Below, piece after piece: positions 57,301 through 64,000 of a stretch of DNA of 64,000 nucleotides (positions are counted from its first letter, which is position 1; each line of letters opens with the position of its first letter). Both the position numbers and the translations under genes were made by a program. Below the pieces are notes generated by a model. That model had not been told where the DNA came from. It saw only the letters and a list, made by a program, of their open reading frames with translations, and did no database searches. Location: the IMG/VR virus record IMGVR_UViG_3300024350_000252, positions 62,001 through 126,000 of that record, one strand, 5' to 3'.

Positions 57301-60142
57301 ACCCAAATGTAGAATCAAATTCATAATCTCTACCAACTAAAAGCTGTACGTTGTTGCGATAAACATAAACAGCTTTTAATGATTCAGTAGATAAGTCAAA
57401 TTTCTGAGAAAGAGCAAAAACTTTTATACCTTCGTCTTCTACAGTATAATCGATAGAATTATACGCACCGCTACCAATCATGTCTGAATTAGCAAAAGGC
57501 GAATTACTATTTTTTGATTTGCTAATATGATCGATGATCTGATCAACAAATTTTACTGTATCTAGTTCAAACGGTAATTCTACAGCTAAATTTAAAAATT
57601 CTGATTTATATTTGTCATATTCTAAAGCAGCATAAGAAATAGCCTTGATTACATTAATCTGTCTATCACAGACCAAAGGTAATGATATAGAAGGTACTCC
57701 AGAATGTTTTATAAATCTTCTACCGTAATAGAGGTAATCATCTATATCTCTAAGATTGCTTATACCAGGAAATTGTCCAGAAAAATCTCTAGATAATTCT
57801 ACCATAGATCTTAGATGATCATTAACCTGGCCTAAAGTGAATTGTGCTACATCTTCATTAAGTGGATTTCTTTCTAATGGCAACGGAAATTCATAAAAAC
57901 CTAAATTAGGTTCAGCATCAGAATAAACTTTAATCATCAGTACATCATTTACAGCAAACTCTCTGATAAATGTAAAAGTTCTTTTATCGTTGATGACAGT
58001 ATCTGTGTACGAATCTTTGATTAAATCTCCGTTGAGATAGAAGAGAATTTTTTCTCTAGTAACTTGATCCCAAAAAACAGCATCAAACTCCACTGTGTTT
58101 GTAACTTCAGTAAAGGTATGAGTCTGTATTACTGCCTGACAATAATCTTCATCAAACAATGACCAAGAATTCTTATGTACCCAACTGCCTAGCTCTTTTA
58201 ACAGTCTGTAATAACCAAAATTTATATTTCTTGTTACGACTGTTGGTCCGGACTGATAGGTAAAGTTCTGTGTTTCAAAATCAAAATCAAAAAGTATATC
58301 GCCAGTATTATTGATATTAAGGTAACTGACTGCGAATCCTAATTCTTTGTCCACTACTCCCGCAGGATCAACTTTGTAACTTATCAATCTAGTTCCTTGG
58401 AAACTAGATGTTACATATTTTTGTGTATCTGAAAGGCTGACATTATCGCTATCAAATATATCGAATAATGGTGCTTGGTTGACTGCTAGTTTTTCCTGGC
58501 TCTTCTTCCATACTGTTCCATCAAAATGATACATCTTGCCGGCATTTGTTTTGCCTTTAGTAACGATAAGACATTCTCCAGCTAGTGTTTCACTGTCATC
58601 TGCTTCTACTAGATTTATTTGTTTTCTGTTAACTGTGTTAGTGCTAGTCTGGATCGTGACAAATTTAACAACATAGATCTTGTTATTGACCATATTGTCG
58701 TTGTCTGCTGTAAACAGAACTCTAGCTCCTTCAAACAACGGCACATTGTCGATATTATATCCAGCAGTGCCTTCTATAGTAGAAAACACATCAGTGGTAA
58801 AATCATCGATTAGATCTACGCTGTTCTTGGCTTTAGAACCATGGTTGAAAAGCTGTAGATTAGTTTGGAATTCTATGATAGGACGTTTAGCTCTGCTGTC
58901 TTCAGCTAATCCCGCCGTGGTGCCATTTAATTGGGCAGAATATTCTATGACACTTCTATGGAACCAACGATTGTAACGACTCCATGGATTCTTATCCAAG
59001 CTGGCACGATTGATGGTTATATAATCTTTTTTAGACGGATAGGTAGAAGCATCATCGAATGGTTCTGTGTCAAAAGGCTGATCGTCAAACACCAATGCTC
59101 CGTAAGGATTTGGTATGGGAGGTAACTCTAAATCTGACAAATTAATCAGTTTGATACCTGTGCCTACTCCTTCTACTATCCAATAACCTTTTCTGTAGAT
59201 TTCCGGAGAAGTTTTGCCTACAAATTCTACTCGTAGTCCATTGGTAAATTTTACACCGTTGCTGCTTTGATAATTGAGCTTACCGATAATATCTTTTTCT
59301 ACATCGAGATATGTATTATCTAATACGTTAGCTATCCTAAAAGAACCTATACGGTTGATATTAGTTCCACTTTGATAGTAGAGCATGTCTGGTGCATCAT
59401 TAGGAACTTTAAATGTGATTTTGCCAACTTCAATGCCGTTATTAGTAACACCCTTGTTGTAATCTGATGGTGTTCCTAGCAGTGTTGTAAGATAATCGAT
59501 CGTGTCTGAAGTTCTAATATGGAAACCGTCGCCTGGACAATTAACATTAAATTCATATGTCTGCCCTCGATACAAAGTTATCGCAGGATTTCTTTTTAAT
59601 CCGTCAGGAAAAAATAACCATTCATTCTGTCCTTCGGTTACTACTTTGTATGAAGATACTACTGATTGTTCTTGTCCTAATACCTGTACAGGATCTGGTC
59701 CGGCAGGAAGCCAATAGTATTCTCTATAATTAACAAACTTGTCTAGGTCGAGAGGTGGAGTCCATGTATAGTGCTGCTGACCTGTAGTTAGATCATCTCT
59801 TTCATTTTTGTTATTAAAAAATTTTAATTGATTTTTTAGATCTACATAATCAAAAAGATTTTTAGGTTTTTTATTTTCATCGTAGATCACTACGCCGGGT
59901 TCAAATTGATAAGCGTGTCTTAGGCTTTGAGCGACATCTAAGTAAACGTCACTAGTATTATATGTGCGACCATAATTGCGCCCAATGTAACCGTTTAATC
60001 TATCTAAGGTACCTGGCTGTATTAAAGGATCTAAAGTAGCTGACAAAAATTTGTCATTAGACGAAGACCTAAAAATTTCAGGTAATAGTTCTACGGTCCT
60101 CCTTAGAGGTAAACCACTTTGTTTAAAAACTTTTTTATCCAT
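45317..60142 (-). CDS. Giant (4941 aa) virion structural protein, probable baseplate wedge/hub with adhesin-like inserts
   Basis: Uninterrupted 14.8-kb ORF after the gp6-like gene; FG-GAP-like blades; W..Y..GD.V.Y carbohydrate-binding-like repeats. Confidence 0.85.
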   Translation of the reverse strand: MDKKVFKQSGLPLRRTVELLPEIFRSSSNDKFLSATLDPLIQPGTLDRLNGYIGRNYGRTYNTSDVYLDVAQSLRHAYQFEPGVVIYDENKKPKNLFDYVDLKNQLKFFNNKNERDDLTTGQQHYTWTPPLDLDKFVNYREYYWLPAGPDPVQVLGQEQSVVSSYKVVTEGQNEWLFFPDGLKRNPAITLYRGQTYEFNVNCPGDGFHIRTSDTIDYLTTLLGTPSDYNKGVTNNGIEVGKITFKVPNDAPDMLYYQSGTNINRIGSFRIANVLDNTYLDVEKDIIGKLNYQSSNGVKFTNGLRVEFVGKTSPEIYRKGYWIVEGVGTGIKLINLSDLELPPIPNPYGALVFDDQPFDTEPFDDASTYPSKKDYITINRASLDKNPWSRYNRWFHRSVIEYSAQLNGTTAGLAEDSRAKRPIIEFQTNLQLFNHGSKAKNSVDLIDDFTTDVFSTIEGTAGYNIDNVPLFEGARVLFTADNDNMVNNKIYVVKFVTIQTSTNTVNRKQINLVEADDSETLAGECLIVTKGKTNAGKMYHFDGTVWKKSQEKLAVNQAPLFDIFDSDNVSLSDTQKYVTSSFQGTRLISYKVDPAGVVDKELGFAVSYLNINNTGDILFDFDFETQNFTYQSGPTVVTRNINFGYYRLLKELGSWVHKNSWSLFDEDYCQAVIQTHTFTEVTNTVEFDAVFWDQVTREKILFYLNGDLIKDSYTDTVINDKRTFTFIREFAVNDVLMIKVYSDAEPNLGFYEFPLPLERNPLNEDVAQFTLGQVNDHLRSMVELSRDFSGQFPGISNLRDIDDYLYYGRRFIKHSGVPSISLPLVCDRQINVIKAISYAALEYDKYKSEFLNLAVELPFELDTVKFVDQIIDHISKSKNSNSPFANSDMIGSGAYNSIDYTVEDEGIKVFALSQKFDLSTESLKAVYVYRNNVQLLVGRDYEFDSTFGFVRLLIDLVENDQIQIKEYYTTAFNFMPMTPTKLGLYKKFTPEIYLDDTYLEPTRVIRGHDGSIIVAYDDFRDELLLELEKRIYNNIKIQYNPDFLDLDNLLGGYGKTGEFTKAQLDSVLNQEFLRWANPLGIDPYANNYFESENQYTYSFSKATDITRTEKMPAYWRGIYIYLYDTDAPHTRPWEMLGFSEKPTWWEEEYGPAPYTSGNLLLWEDIRDGVIRQGNRAGTHIRFKRPNLLSYLPVDDEGRLLDPVSSGSIINYAIIQPAEAFVFGDIGPAESAWRKSGRYPFALLQAIILLRPLQTVSLNFDRTLLTKNDMDQMVSTSTGKFLSLDEVYQSTLDVTKPKGLVNYVVDYLKSNSVASVELASKFNSDNFKVKLSNKIGGFVDKNQQKYLLDSKSPQSKTSGIFVPSEDYEIFFNVSTPVETVSYSAVIIEKTSSGWKLTGYDTLVSAFTYYHPLTTASDPVFSVGGVSETFVEWTANQYYPSGTLIRYQSKFYRSRQAHTSSENFESSLWVSILSVPIVGSITAINRSKFSKYQPAVLPYNTVFADLQSVVDFLLGYGEYLKDQGMVFESFNTDLQVPNDWETSCKEFMFWTTHNWANGSIISLSPSASAITIEKVGRVADNLLDNFYDYNIQRSDGTKIQPKDIQVYRTFNKFILTPLDSTDGIYFAKINYVTKEHVVVFNDRTVFGDVIFDKAPGYRQERIKVAGFRTTDWDGDYTSPGFIYDDVNIETWKPFTDYRLGDIVQYKQFYYTSLKFQKGSVEFNSNNWERLDNLPQKGLVSNFDYKINQIEDYFELDYIGIDNEQKKLAQHSIGYQQREYLQDIAEDEVTQFRLYQGFIREKGTANSITKIFDKVSAIEADAVVLDEEWAFLVGRLGGIDQSNEIEVSIKKENININPQPVLLDTTGIDIKQYQTSVLVKDSDYKIGSRKFKFPTKYYPINNMSAGYVNPADVDFTVTTLDELYSLDITIFKEGSLVWLTSLPTGWDVYRYTITSILVGKAVAVETGFVSLITNIVHNFKVGDIIGLTNIENLTGFYQVAGVNPKTIIIAVAGTTKEPVIDQSSFCYISTFETVRIDDQSYLTSKKIALLPVGSKIWLDDSGDGYWQVLNRQKQYNPTQISEYGIAFPTGTGASVIYLASRGNTIVGNPGAVVTSGDVTRESAVIVYSQGQGGLIPLQVLVPNSGLQSTYLGSYATVMTTSEDGRWLMIGSPNVSYVPSNYRETFDPNATYQQDDTVLYAGKLWRAVRSIYGDGSTINLNSQDWEPAVIHKANPLGKSIYDINQGYRNQGAIDIFEYSEGQYVLRDTIISPRPGHGEYFASGISIAKVAGIEGTSGDVTLTVTTVDAEGGILGVTASGVSGLNNAIFENISGIDVSEPGSNASFDINRALNRYVVTVRNGGTRYAVGDRIKIVGSRLGGVTPTNDLIVTVNAVNSLGEILGSETYNNVTGIESNLVSEQAVFQISKLRDLYVDVNLTNSGQGYTARSIVSYNGRYYACIRDTRIERGAWDINTTYYPGDIVYYQYNPVLPVGYFKVTAIVTGIAPPDEQYYETHNPILPTDTDFWEPVTGSNFASNALPWRDRAITTGLRVTYTPGTIITIPGTELGGYSPANDLTIRVDAVTSATDTSISDFSFFGTAVPGISWSGIASSGEAQYNDVVGEDISEPGNGAIFTLTRAEGSYSATVGVKGLRYNVGDQIRILGTSIGAVPETYYMAVGAPGSLDDTGRVYLYKFNGIEWTHFQDEGFVGIFDSTKFYPAGTVVWHTNNYYKALSDISPNTETPGVITGDSTVYWEAIDSLNTGMLPVTAATPDDGSTIQTGIKPTDDVENIKIGSSYGYSLSFNADGSKLIIGAPNADSLTFDSYKGVWKSYQIYLKGDTVRRNDSYYTLAADSDKGTIPEGNPSIWSIEYPEEQPRTGAVFIYDRDSNNTYKLSQHIDSVNVNSYLTDSTEISAGDQFGYKILLSSESTNMFVTAPASNFKGVDQGATFVFENKNGTYKLIQKLDSGQLDPNERFGSNICITPDNQTIAISAEGAESYKTTTFDANDTRFDRFVTNFKDSQGKTGKVYVFDKYVGKFVLSEIFDEGLNTNEDFGKSLSASNDSIIVGSPKYLSLDPAFATTRIGRIQKFTKKAGVKPWTVIRQQTNGIDIDKLKNLAIYDAVNNRKIADLDIIDPFKGKILSIADQDIDYKTSYDPAVYSTGTVDNAIDAGQAWMDDNVGKIWWRTSTAKYLDYEQNDFVYKTANWGSLAYGASIDVYEWVETIYRPSEWAAMTGTTAGFEEGISGTPLYPDDSNYSYKQKLDSITGEVLYNVYYYWVRSKNTLPNNSTKTNSAGVIANYIANPTTAGIPFAAITDVDKISLYNLQGSINTDEFLLNIQFYKTDKNINLVHNEYTLLTEGSDEYPVEDIERKWIDSLVGEDILGRSVPDKDLPEKSKYGIANRPRQSMFINRNKAVQITVDYINNILSRYPLADSISYEYLNLTAPLPKSNLNLYDQSFASYKELSTIATAKIKPALLSANIANGKITSVDVIDGGRGYRVPPYVEIDGSGTGAKIKTVINKLGVVTGVIIENSGTKYINARLNVRPFSVLIESDVNSNGYWAIYSWDDKTETFYKTATQAYDTTKFWIPVDYWKSGFSNTSRIKYTIPGLYRESGLTVEIGDLVRVDEYGSGGWAVFETVDPIATDLQNKYRLVGRKNGTIQIVNKFYNTAAESTGYDLTQSYDSNKYDTSFSIEFRNILKAVKENIFIDELSNEWNKLFFVSIHYIFSEQLYVDWAFKTSFLNATHNVGYFSNRINYKSDNLSSYQKYIEEVKPYRTKIRKYTSRYLGQELASSPISDFDLPPVFDINSQSIVPVDSTRLEIDQYPWKFWKDNHAFVVKDIVLTYSGKNYTSVPKVVIEGGGGNGAEAQAFVSSGVVTHIRMIKHGSGYTSAPTVTLVGGVGTVIENSAKAVAIIGQSKARTFDMSIKFDRYSKTPKFKNLGNNFLETESFVCPGTKNTFTLKYPPTTDKSKIAVFLKHPNTAAGTDGAKLLNSQYLIKIFKTNISGTEVLTGQLLLNAAPPQGATVTVHYEKNDEILDALNRIDKYYQPTSGMLGVEKNTIDGEIISDYSQLVTGIDFGGVIVQGSMFDVGAGWDAVPWGLEGWDSSGDMNTDFYVAADGVNRTFYLPEPPPLGKEITIYLRKKLEYNSVRLDDPFFDYYDGSTIQINGLKEAPEHAVMQTFVGDGSTIAVTIPPGVQIDKDDTLIFRPIESDGTVALVGRNIDTAISGGDLTNIGGAYSTATGKTASEIVLDGQKFISPEQVPAPEENVPGQVLDTLSIKVFHTDRAGAPALLTRIYFGDGQTDLYEIGQKVTERKSVTVYVDKVKKDNGLDYTISFETNQVRFVGVLPPAGSTIEVVSMALGGTEILDYKEFIADGLTRYYLTGASYFETGSIYATVDGQIVDAGFVNSKGQVNDLDQTLVEFGNPPEVNRKISIVVLSAESGSYSPLIKVNDQTITVTDIVQRIYPLESFINLGGSPTSNVLVERNGNLLTTVDTVIEIYSGNDSIKIGLDPFRNPGDIIDSQVKVFVNDNLLIFGIDYGFTAEDNTVTLFGKYDIGDIIRIEDYSNSNYEIKNNNIVFRTDLNLQLGDVLNVKWFEQYTTMDLTRDIFKGGELAYSLEKPVLGVSYVWVYVNGERATQDIDYYLSRNRNEIIFNPSFITTSTDVVEIISGSDMIYREPVSFEIFKDVLNKNYYSRYSLSNIKLVENLNYYDESMTLTDATALPVPKFDQPGIVTIGGEKIQYLAIDGNRLTGLRRGMFGTSVTPLFSAGTEVVITGYTEAIPYKDSQEKEDFVSDGTSLLIGPLTFIPAKSAVDGTGYRKEWPVDSIPEEYGPCDTIEVFVAGRRLNKDPVYVYDQTVGSHSPAGDVLVEAEFSVDGSTPYIRLTSAVEAATRITVVKRTGKLWYDVGNSSATTGEGLSNSKTSIVTFLQQKTTNLP

Positions 60143-60144
60143 TA

Positions 60145-63100
60145 TTAAATGCTCGTGCTAGTTACGATCGACGACGTTGTAAGTTTAAGATCTGAAGCTG
60201 TTATATTAGTTAGTATATCAATGGTATCCACAGTTACAGCACTGACTAACAGTTCATCGGGTTTACTTTGTATTTCTAAAAGACTGCCAAATGCCTGCGT
60301 TGTTTGTACAGGAACTATTACCATGTTGCTGATGTCTGGTGAATTTTCTTTAACCACATATGTGATTAACTCACTTGCGTGGAATCTATCACCAAAATCA
60401 AAATTCTGTACATCAAAGAAATCAGAAATAGCATTGACAATTCTAACTTTAAGATCATTATCGTTGATACTTCTGTTAGGATTTTTTACAACCTTAATCC
60501 TTGCTTGGAATTCTGCTCTTGCCTTAGATCCAAATAACGGAAAATAGCTCACAGGATGATATACTATTTCGTCACTGATAGCCTTGATAGGAGCTAGATT
60601 ATTACCAAATTCTACTCTTAAAGCTTCTGCGGTCGGTGCTTGTGGCTCTGTAGCGATAGCACCTTTCAACCAAAGTCTATAGTTGTTGTCGTAATTTCTT
60701 GTCAATAGATAAACATCAATGATATTGGTCACAGAAGGATCTATTCTTCTTCCTTCACCAGAAGTGTGAATATACTGGAACTTTAAATCGCTGCGTCCTA
60801 CATATCCCACATACGAAGGTTCTAAAATAAAGGTATTGGTTACCAAATCTACTCGCTTGACAAAATTTTCTAACTGATCATAAAAATATATCAATTGATT
60901 GTGAGCATAATCATTTACTGCTGTATTAGCTTCTTTGTCTCGTACCAATATGTAATCGTTCTTGTTTGGCACAAACACGTAAGTTTTAGCACCAAATTCA
61001 TCAACATCCTCTTTAAAGAATACATATTTGGTAGTATTATTGGTTCCCACTATTTCATCAAAAGCATCAGGATTATCTATGACTCCGTCATCGTTAGAAT
61101 CAATAAAACTGATCTTGATCGAGTCATTGGCTTGATATCCATCATCATAGCGCACACTATCCGAAACAGTAAATGAAACGTCTTCTTTGATAGTCTGTTT
61201 AGAATCAACTATAGATAATACATCAGCAAGAGTAAACTGAGGTTTATTAGTCTTTAAAGCTAGGATAGCATTAGCCACTTCTAATGATCCTACATTCAAT
61301 GCCACCGGTGCTGTGTTTACTGATAATACCTTGACAGCATCTTTGATAACTGTTCTTGTTTTGCTATCATAGATTTTTTGATTCTTATCAAAATAAAATC
61401 TATTTTGTTCAACACTGGTGAAAACATAATCTGTTCCTCTCAGTCTTACTTTGTAAGTTTCACCATCAAAAATAAATGCTATCAACCAAGAAGCATCTAG
61501 GCTCTTGTTGGTAGAATCGCCTGCTTGACCTAGATTAAAATTACTAGTTTGATCTATGTTACTAGCTGTTACTATCGCCCAAGAATTGGTTGTTCTTACA
61601 TATCTTATACCAAAAGTTTGATTTAGGAAACAGAGGTTGATTATTTCTGATTCTATATCGCTGGTAAATTTATTATCAAATTTAGGAACTACCTGCGATG
61701 GTACAGCACCTGTAGGAATAACCGAGCTGACTGTAATCGGGCCTCTGCCTGTTGATAAATTACCTTTACCTGCGTTTGTGCCATCACCTACAACCTGTAC
61801 AACTTTGGCCCAGATATATGTCTTATGATCAGTATTCATGGGATCATAATCAACGACTTTGCCTTTGTAAAATGCTTTCGTGCTGCTAGGTGGTACAAAT
61901 TTAATTAGAGCATTTACTGTTAGATATTTTAAGTTACTGGTAGTATAAGATCCTACACGTATAGGAAAACTGTCAAATGCGTTGCCAAAATAACCCGTAC
62001 TTGATCCAGTATCTGCTGTGCTCTGTAACCATTTAACGTTAACGTCTGAAAGGAAAATTTTATCAAAGTTAGTAAGATAAAAATTATAAGTTTGAAAATC
62101 AGCTACTGCTGGTTCTATGACATCCTTGATATAATTCAACAAAATAGTTTTATTAGAAAGTGTAAAACTAAAAGTTCTTTCGTTGTCATATCGATAGATG
62201 ATTCCGTCGTCGGCAAATACATTTACACCACTGTACTTTCCGCTAGCATCAATGATATCAAAATTCCTGCTTATACCGCTGCTACTTCTGTTGATCGATT
62301 TTACCTTGAGAATATCTTGGCTGCTAGATAGCGGAGCTAGATTATAATCTTCTCCTGTGATCATTCTATTCTGTGTATAATAGACAGCAGGAGCATTAGC
62401 ACGGATAGTGTCCATGTCTTCAGATGCGGCGCTGTTATCCACGCTGTAATAGAGGCTACAGGTCACTGTCAAGGTTTCAGCAGTACCTCTAGAACTAGTA
62501 TAAGGAATTGATAAAGTTACTCCTCGTAATTCGTTAGGAGAAATAATATATCTTAAACCATTGCTGACTCTATAATAAATCTTAAAAGAACCTCTAGGCA
62601 AATTGCCATACACACCGTCAGCAAATAAAAGATCTACCTGATCATTATTTTTTGTAATAGCAGAATAGATATTCTTGACGCCGTTGCTAACACTATTATA
62701 AACAATATTGTTGCCTGTCAAAGAAGAAACCTGTGTCCATTTTTCTCCTTGATTTCCTGCGGCATCGACAGCATATAGCCAAAGGTCATCATTGTTAATA
62801 CCATTGGTAGTGATATTGATTATTTCGTTAACTGTCGGCTGTGTGATCGTAAAATCAGCCGTAGTCATGCTACCTTGCTTGAACAGTAAGAAAAATCCAG
62901 TATTGCTGCTAGCATTACCTTTTCCGTCTTGTCTGTAGACAAAACCTAACTTATTGCCCGGAATAGGATCTTCTTCATAGATATAATCTTTTCCGATTAT
63001 GCTAGTACTAACCAATTCAAAATTCATAGAACGGCCGCCTGCTACCTTACTAAAAGTATAGATAGGAACCCCGGTATTTGAAGCATTAAATCTGTACTGA

Positions 63101-63654
63101 TCGGTAGTGATACCGTCGATAGAAGCAGTGCCTTGACTCTTGCCAAATTCAGTAGTAGACGGCATAGCAGCATTTAAAACAGCGATAAACTGTTGATACC
63201 AATTGGTATTTGTAGGATCATTCCATATCACGGTCTGTTTAGCAAGATTGATACCGTTGGCATCTGTAAGTGTTTCTGTAGTAGAAACCGTGTCAAATTT
63301 TAGTAGCCCCTGGGCAGCTTTATTTCTCTTGGCATTATAAGATAACATACGTGCCAACCTTAACACGCTGTCTTTTCTGCTGGCTAATTCTATGAAATTT
63401 TCTCTAGATGCTAAATCAATACGGAACGCAAGATTTTGTCCCAAGAAGGCGATAAGATCAATTAAGGCGACATATTCGCTAGACTCAATATAATCGTTAA
63501 AATCTTCAGCATAGTTTTCTCTCAGATAAGCGGTCATTACCCTTCTGAGATTTTCAAAATCGTAACTGGTAAAATCAGCATTTTTGAAAGTTTGGTAAAT
63601 CCTCTTCCAATCTTCTGCCAATATTAAATTATTTTGTCTAGCTGTGGTTGTCAT
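60145..63654 (-). CDS. Baseplate wedge protein (T4 gp6-like)
   Basis: DFTSYDFENLR...ALIDLIAF...RENFIELA..KDSVLRLARMLSY; I..NAP.VY.TQNRMITGEDY. Confidence 0.85.
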   Translation of the reverse strand: MTTTARQNNLILAEDWKRIYQTFKNADFTSYDFENLRRVMTAYLRENYAEDFNDYIESSEYVALIDLIAFLGQNLAFRIDLASRENFIELASRKDSVLRLARMLSYNAKRNKAAQGLLKFDTVSTTETLTDANGINLAKQTVIWNDPTNTNWYQQFIAVLNAAMPSTTEFGKSQGTASIDGITTDQYRFNASNTGVPIYTFSKVAGGRSMNFELVSTSIIGKDYIYEEDPIPGNKLGFVYRQDGKGNASSNTGFFLLFKQGSMTTADFTITQPTVNEIINITTNGINNDDLWLYAVDAAGNQGEKWTQVSSLTGNNIVYNSVSNGVKNIYSAITKNNDQVDLLFADGVYGNLPRGSFKIYYRVSNGLRYIISPNELRGVTLSIPYTSSRGTAETLTVTCSLYYSVDNSAASEDMDTIRANAPAVYYTQNRMITGEDYNLAPLSSSQDILKVKSINRSSSGISRNFDIIDASGKYSGVNVFADDGIIYRYDNERTFSFTLSNKTILLNYIKDVIEPAVADFQTYNFYLTNFDKIFLSDVNVKWLQSTADTGSSTGYFGNAFDSFPIRVGSYTTSNLKYLTVNALIKFVPPSSTKAFYKGKVVDYDPMNTDHKTYIWAKVVQVVGDGTNAGKGNLSTGRGPITVSSVIPTGAVPSQVVPKFDNKFTSDIESEIINLCFLNQTFGIRYVRTTNSWAIVTASNIDQTSNFNLGQAGDSTNKSLDASWLIAFIFDGETYKVRLRGTDYVFTSVEQNRFYFDKNQKIYDSKTRTVIKDAVKVLSVNTAPVALNVGSLEVANAILALKTNKPQFTLADVLSIVDSKQTIKEDVSFTVSDSVRYDDGYQANDSIKISFIDSNDDGVIDNPDAFDEIVGTNNTTKYVFFKEDVDEFGAKTYVFVPNKNDYILVRDKEANTAVNDYAHNQLIYFYDQLENFVKRVDLVTNTFILEPSYVGYVGRSDLKFQYIHTSGEGRRIDPSVTNIIDVYLLTRNYDNNYRLWLKGAIATEPQAPTAEALRVEFGNNLAPIKAISDEIVYHPVSYFPLFGSKARAEFQARIKVVKNPNRSINDNDLKVRIVNAISDFFDVQNFDFGDRFHASELITYVVKENSPDISNMVIVPVQTTQAFGSLLEIQSKPDELLVSAVTVDTIDILTNITASDLKLTTSSIVTSTSI

Positions 63655-63673
63655 GAATTAGCATCCTATCTTA

Positions 63674-63680
63674 TATTTAT
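63674..63680 (-). promoter_or_regulatory. Putative late promoter (ATAAATA)
   Basis: Intergenic, upstream of AGGA RBS and 63654 start. Confidence 0.55.
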
Positions 63681-63705
63681 TTGGTTTTAAAAACTGCGCA
63701 TATTA

Positions 63706-63999
63706 TCATTGAGCAGTAGTTTTACTTTCTTTCCTATTATCAAAATCAATAGCTATTTTTTCCGATAGGTTAAATTCAACATAAAAGAGATCAACCATGA
63801 CTCGTATACCATATTGTGTAGTATCTACAGTCACATTCTGTACATTAACTCTGGGATCTCTGTTGACTATCTCTGTCACATCGTCGCTGATAGCTTGTAT
63901 ATTCACACCTGTCAAAGGTTCGTAGATCATGTTCCAGATAATAGTTCCAAAATCCGGATTCATCAGTTTTTCGCCTTTCCTAATATTGAAATGATTGAG
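63706..63999 (-). CDS. Baseplate wedge subunit gp25-like (5'-partial)
   Basis: LNHFNIRKGEKLMNPDFG..IW...EP...DPRV pattern; frame open to the window edge. Confidence 0.85.
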   Translation of the reverse strand, partial: LNHFNIRKGEKLMNPDFGTIIWNMIYEPLTGVNIQAISDDVTEIVNRDPRVNVQNVTVDTTQYGIRVMVDLFYVEFNLSEKIAIDFDNRKESKTTAQ

Positions 64000-64000
64000 C

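Noticed and set aside
1-64000. tRNA, rRNA, CRISPR array, integrase, transposase or reverse transcriptase
   Set aside because: Intergenic gaps are nearly all under 80 nt, and I saw no cloverleaf, repeat-spacer array or relevant protein motifs.
1-64000. Stop-codon reassignment (amber/opal recoding)
   Set aside because: Genes up to 4941 aa are intact under the standard code, and TAG, TGA and TAA all end genes at sensible overlap junctions (e.g. TAG at 17524, 20407 and 29135).

Overview
This window is a 64-kb internal segment of a large, AT-rich, T4-like (distantly Tevenvirus-related) myovirus genome. I found no tRNA, CRISPR array, integrase or intron. Coding is dense and in two convergent blocks. 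The + strand block (1-27081) has four parts: (i) a run of small or multi-domain genes whose products share an N-terminal M-[RKE]-hydrophobic-x-[EQD]-[LI] motif, probably capsid-packaged internal proteins, including a HIGH-type nucleotidyltransferase and a HAD 5'-nucleotidase; (ii) a GH19 endolysin, a family B DNA polymerase with a tandem-hairpin leader, and a probable sliding clamp; (iii) a dispersed 7-deazaguanine cluster (TGT/DpdA-like transglycosylase, QueD-like, FolE, QueE) that also contains a GT-B glycosyltransferase, a cupin, a phosphoribosyltransferase and a HIT hydrolase; (iv) an RNase H-like 5'-3' exonuclease, ThyX and a Bax-inhibitor-1/YccA homolog. The - strand block (27068-64000) is the baseplate/tail-fibre module: gp25-like, gp6-like, a 4941-aa giant structural protein and five paralogous fibre proteins. 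A 2OG-Fe(II) oxygenase sits among the fibre genes, and four GT-A-like glycosyltransferases plus a radical SAM enzyme follow them. Best leads: a possibly glycosylated 7-deazaguanine DNA modification, a possible virion hydroxylation/glycosylation module, a capsid-targeting signal on injected enzymes, and a twin-hairpin polymerase autoregulatory operator. All product calls come from motif recognition by eye; no database searches were run.
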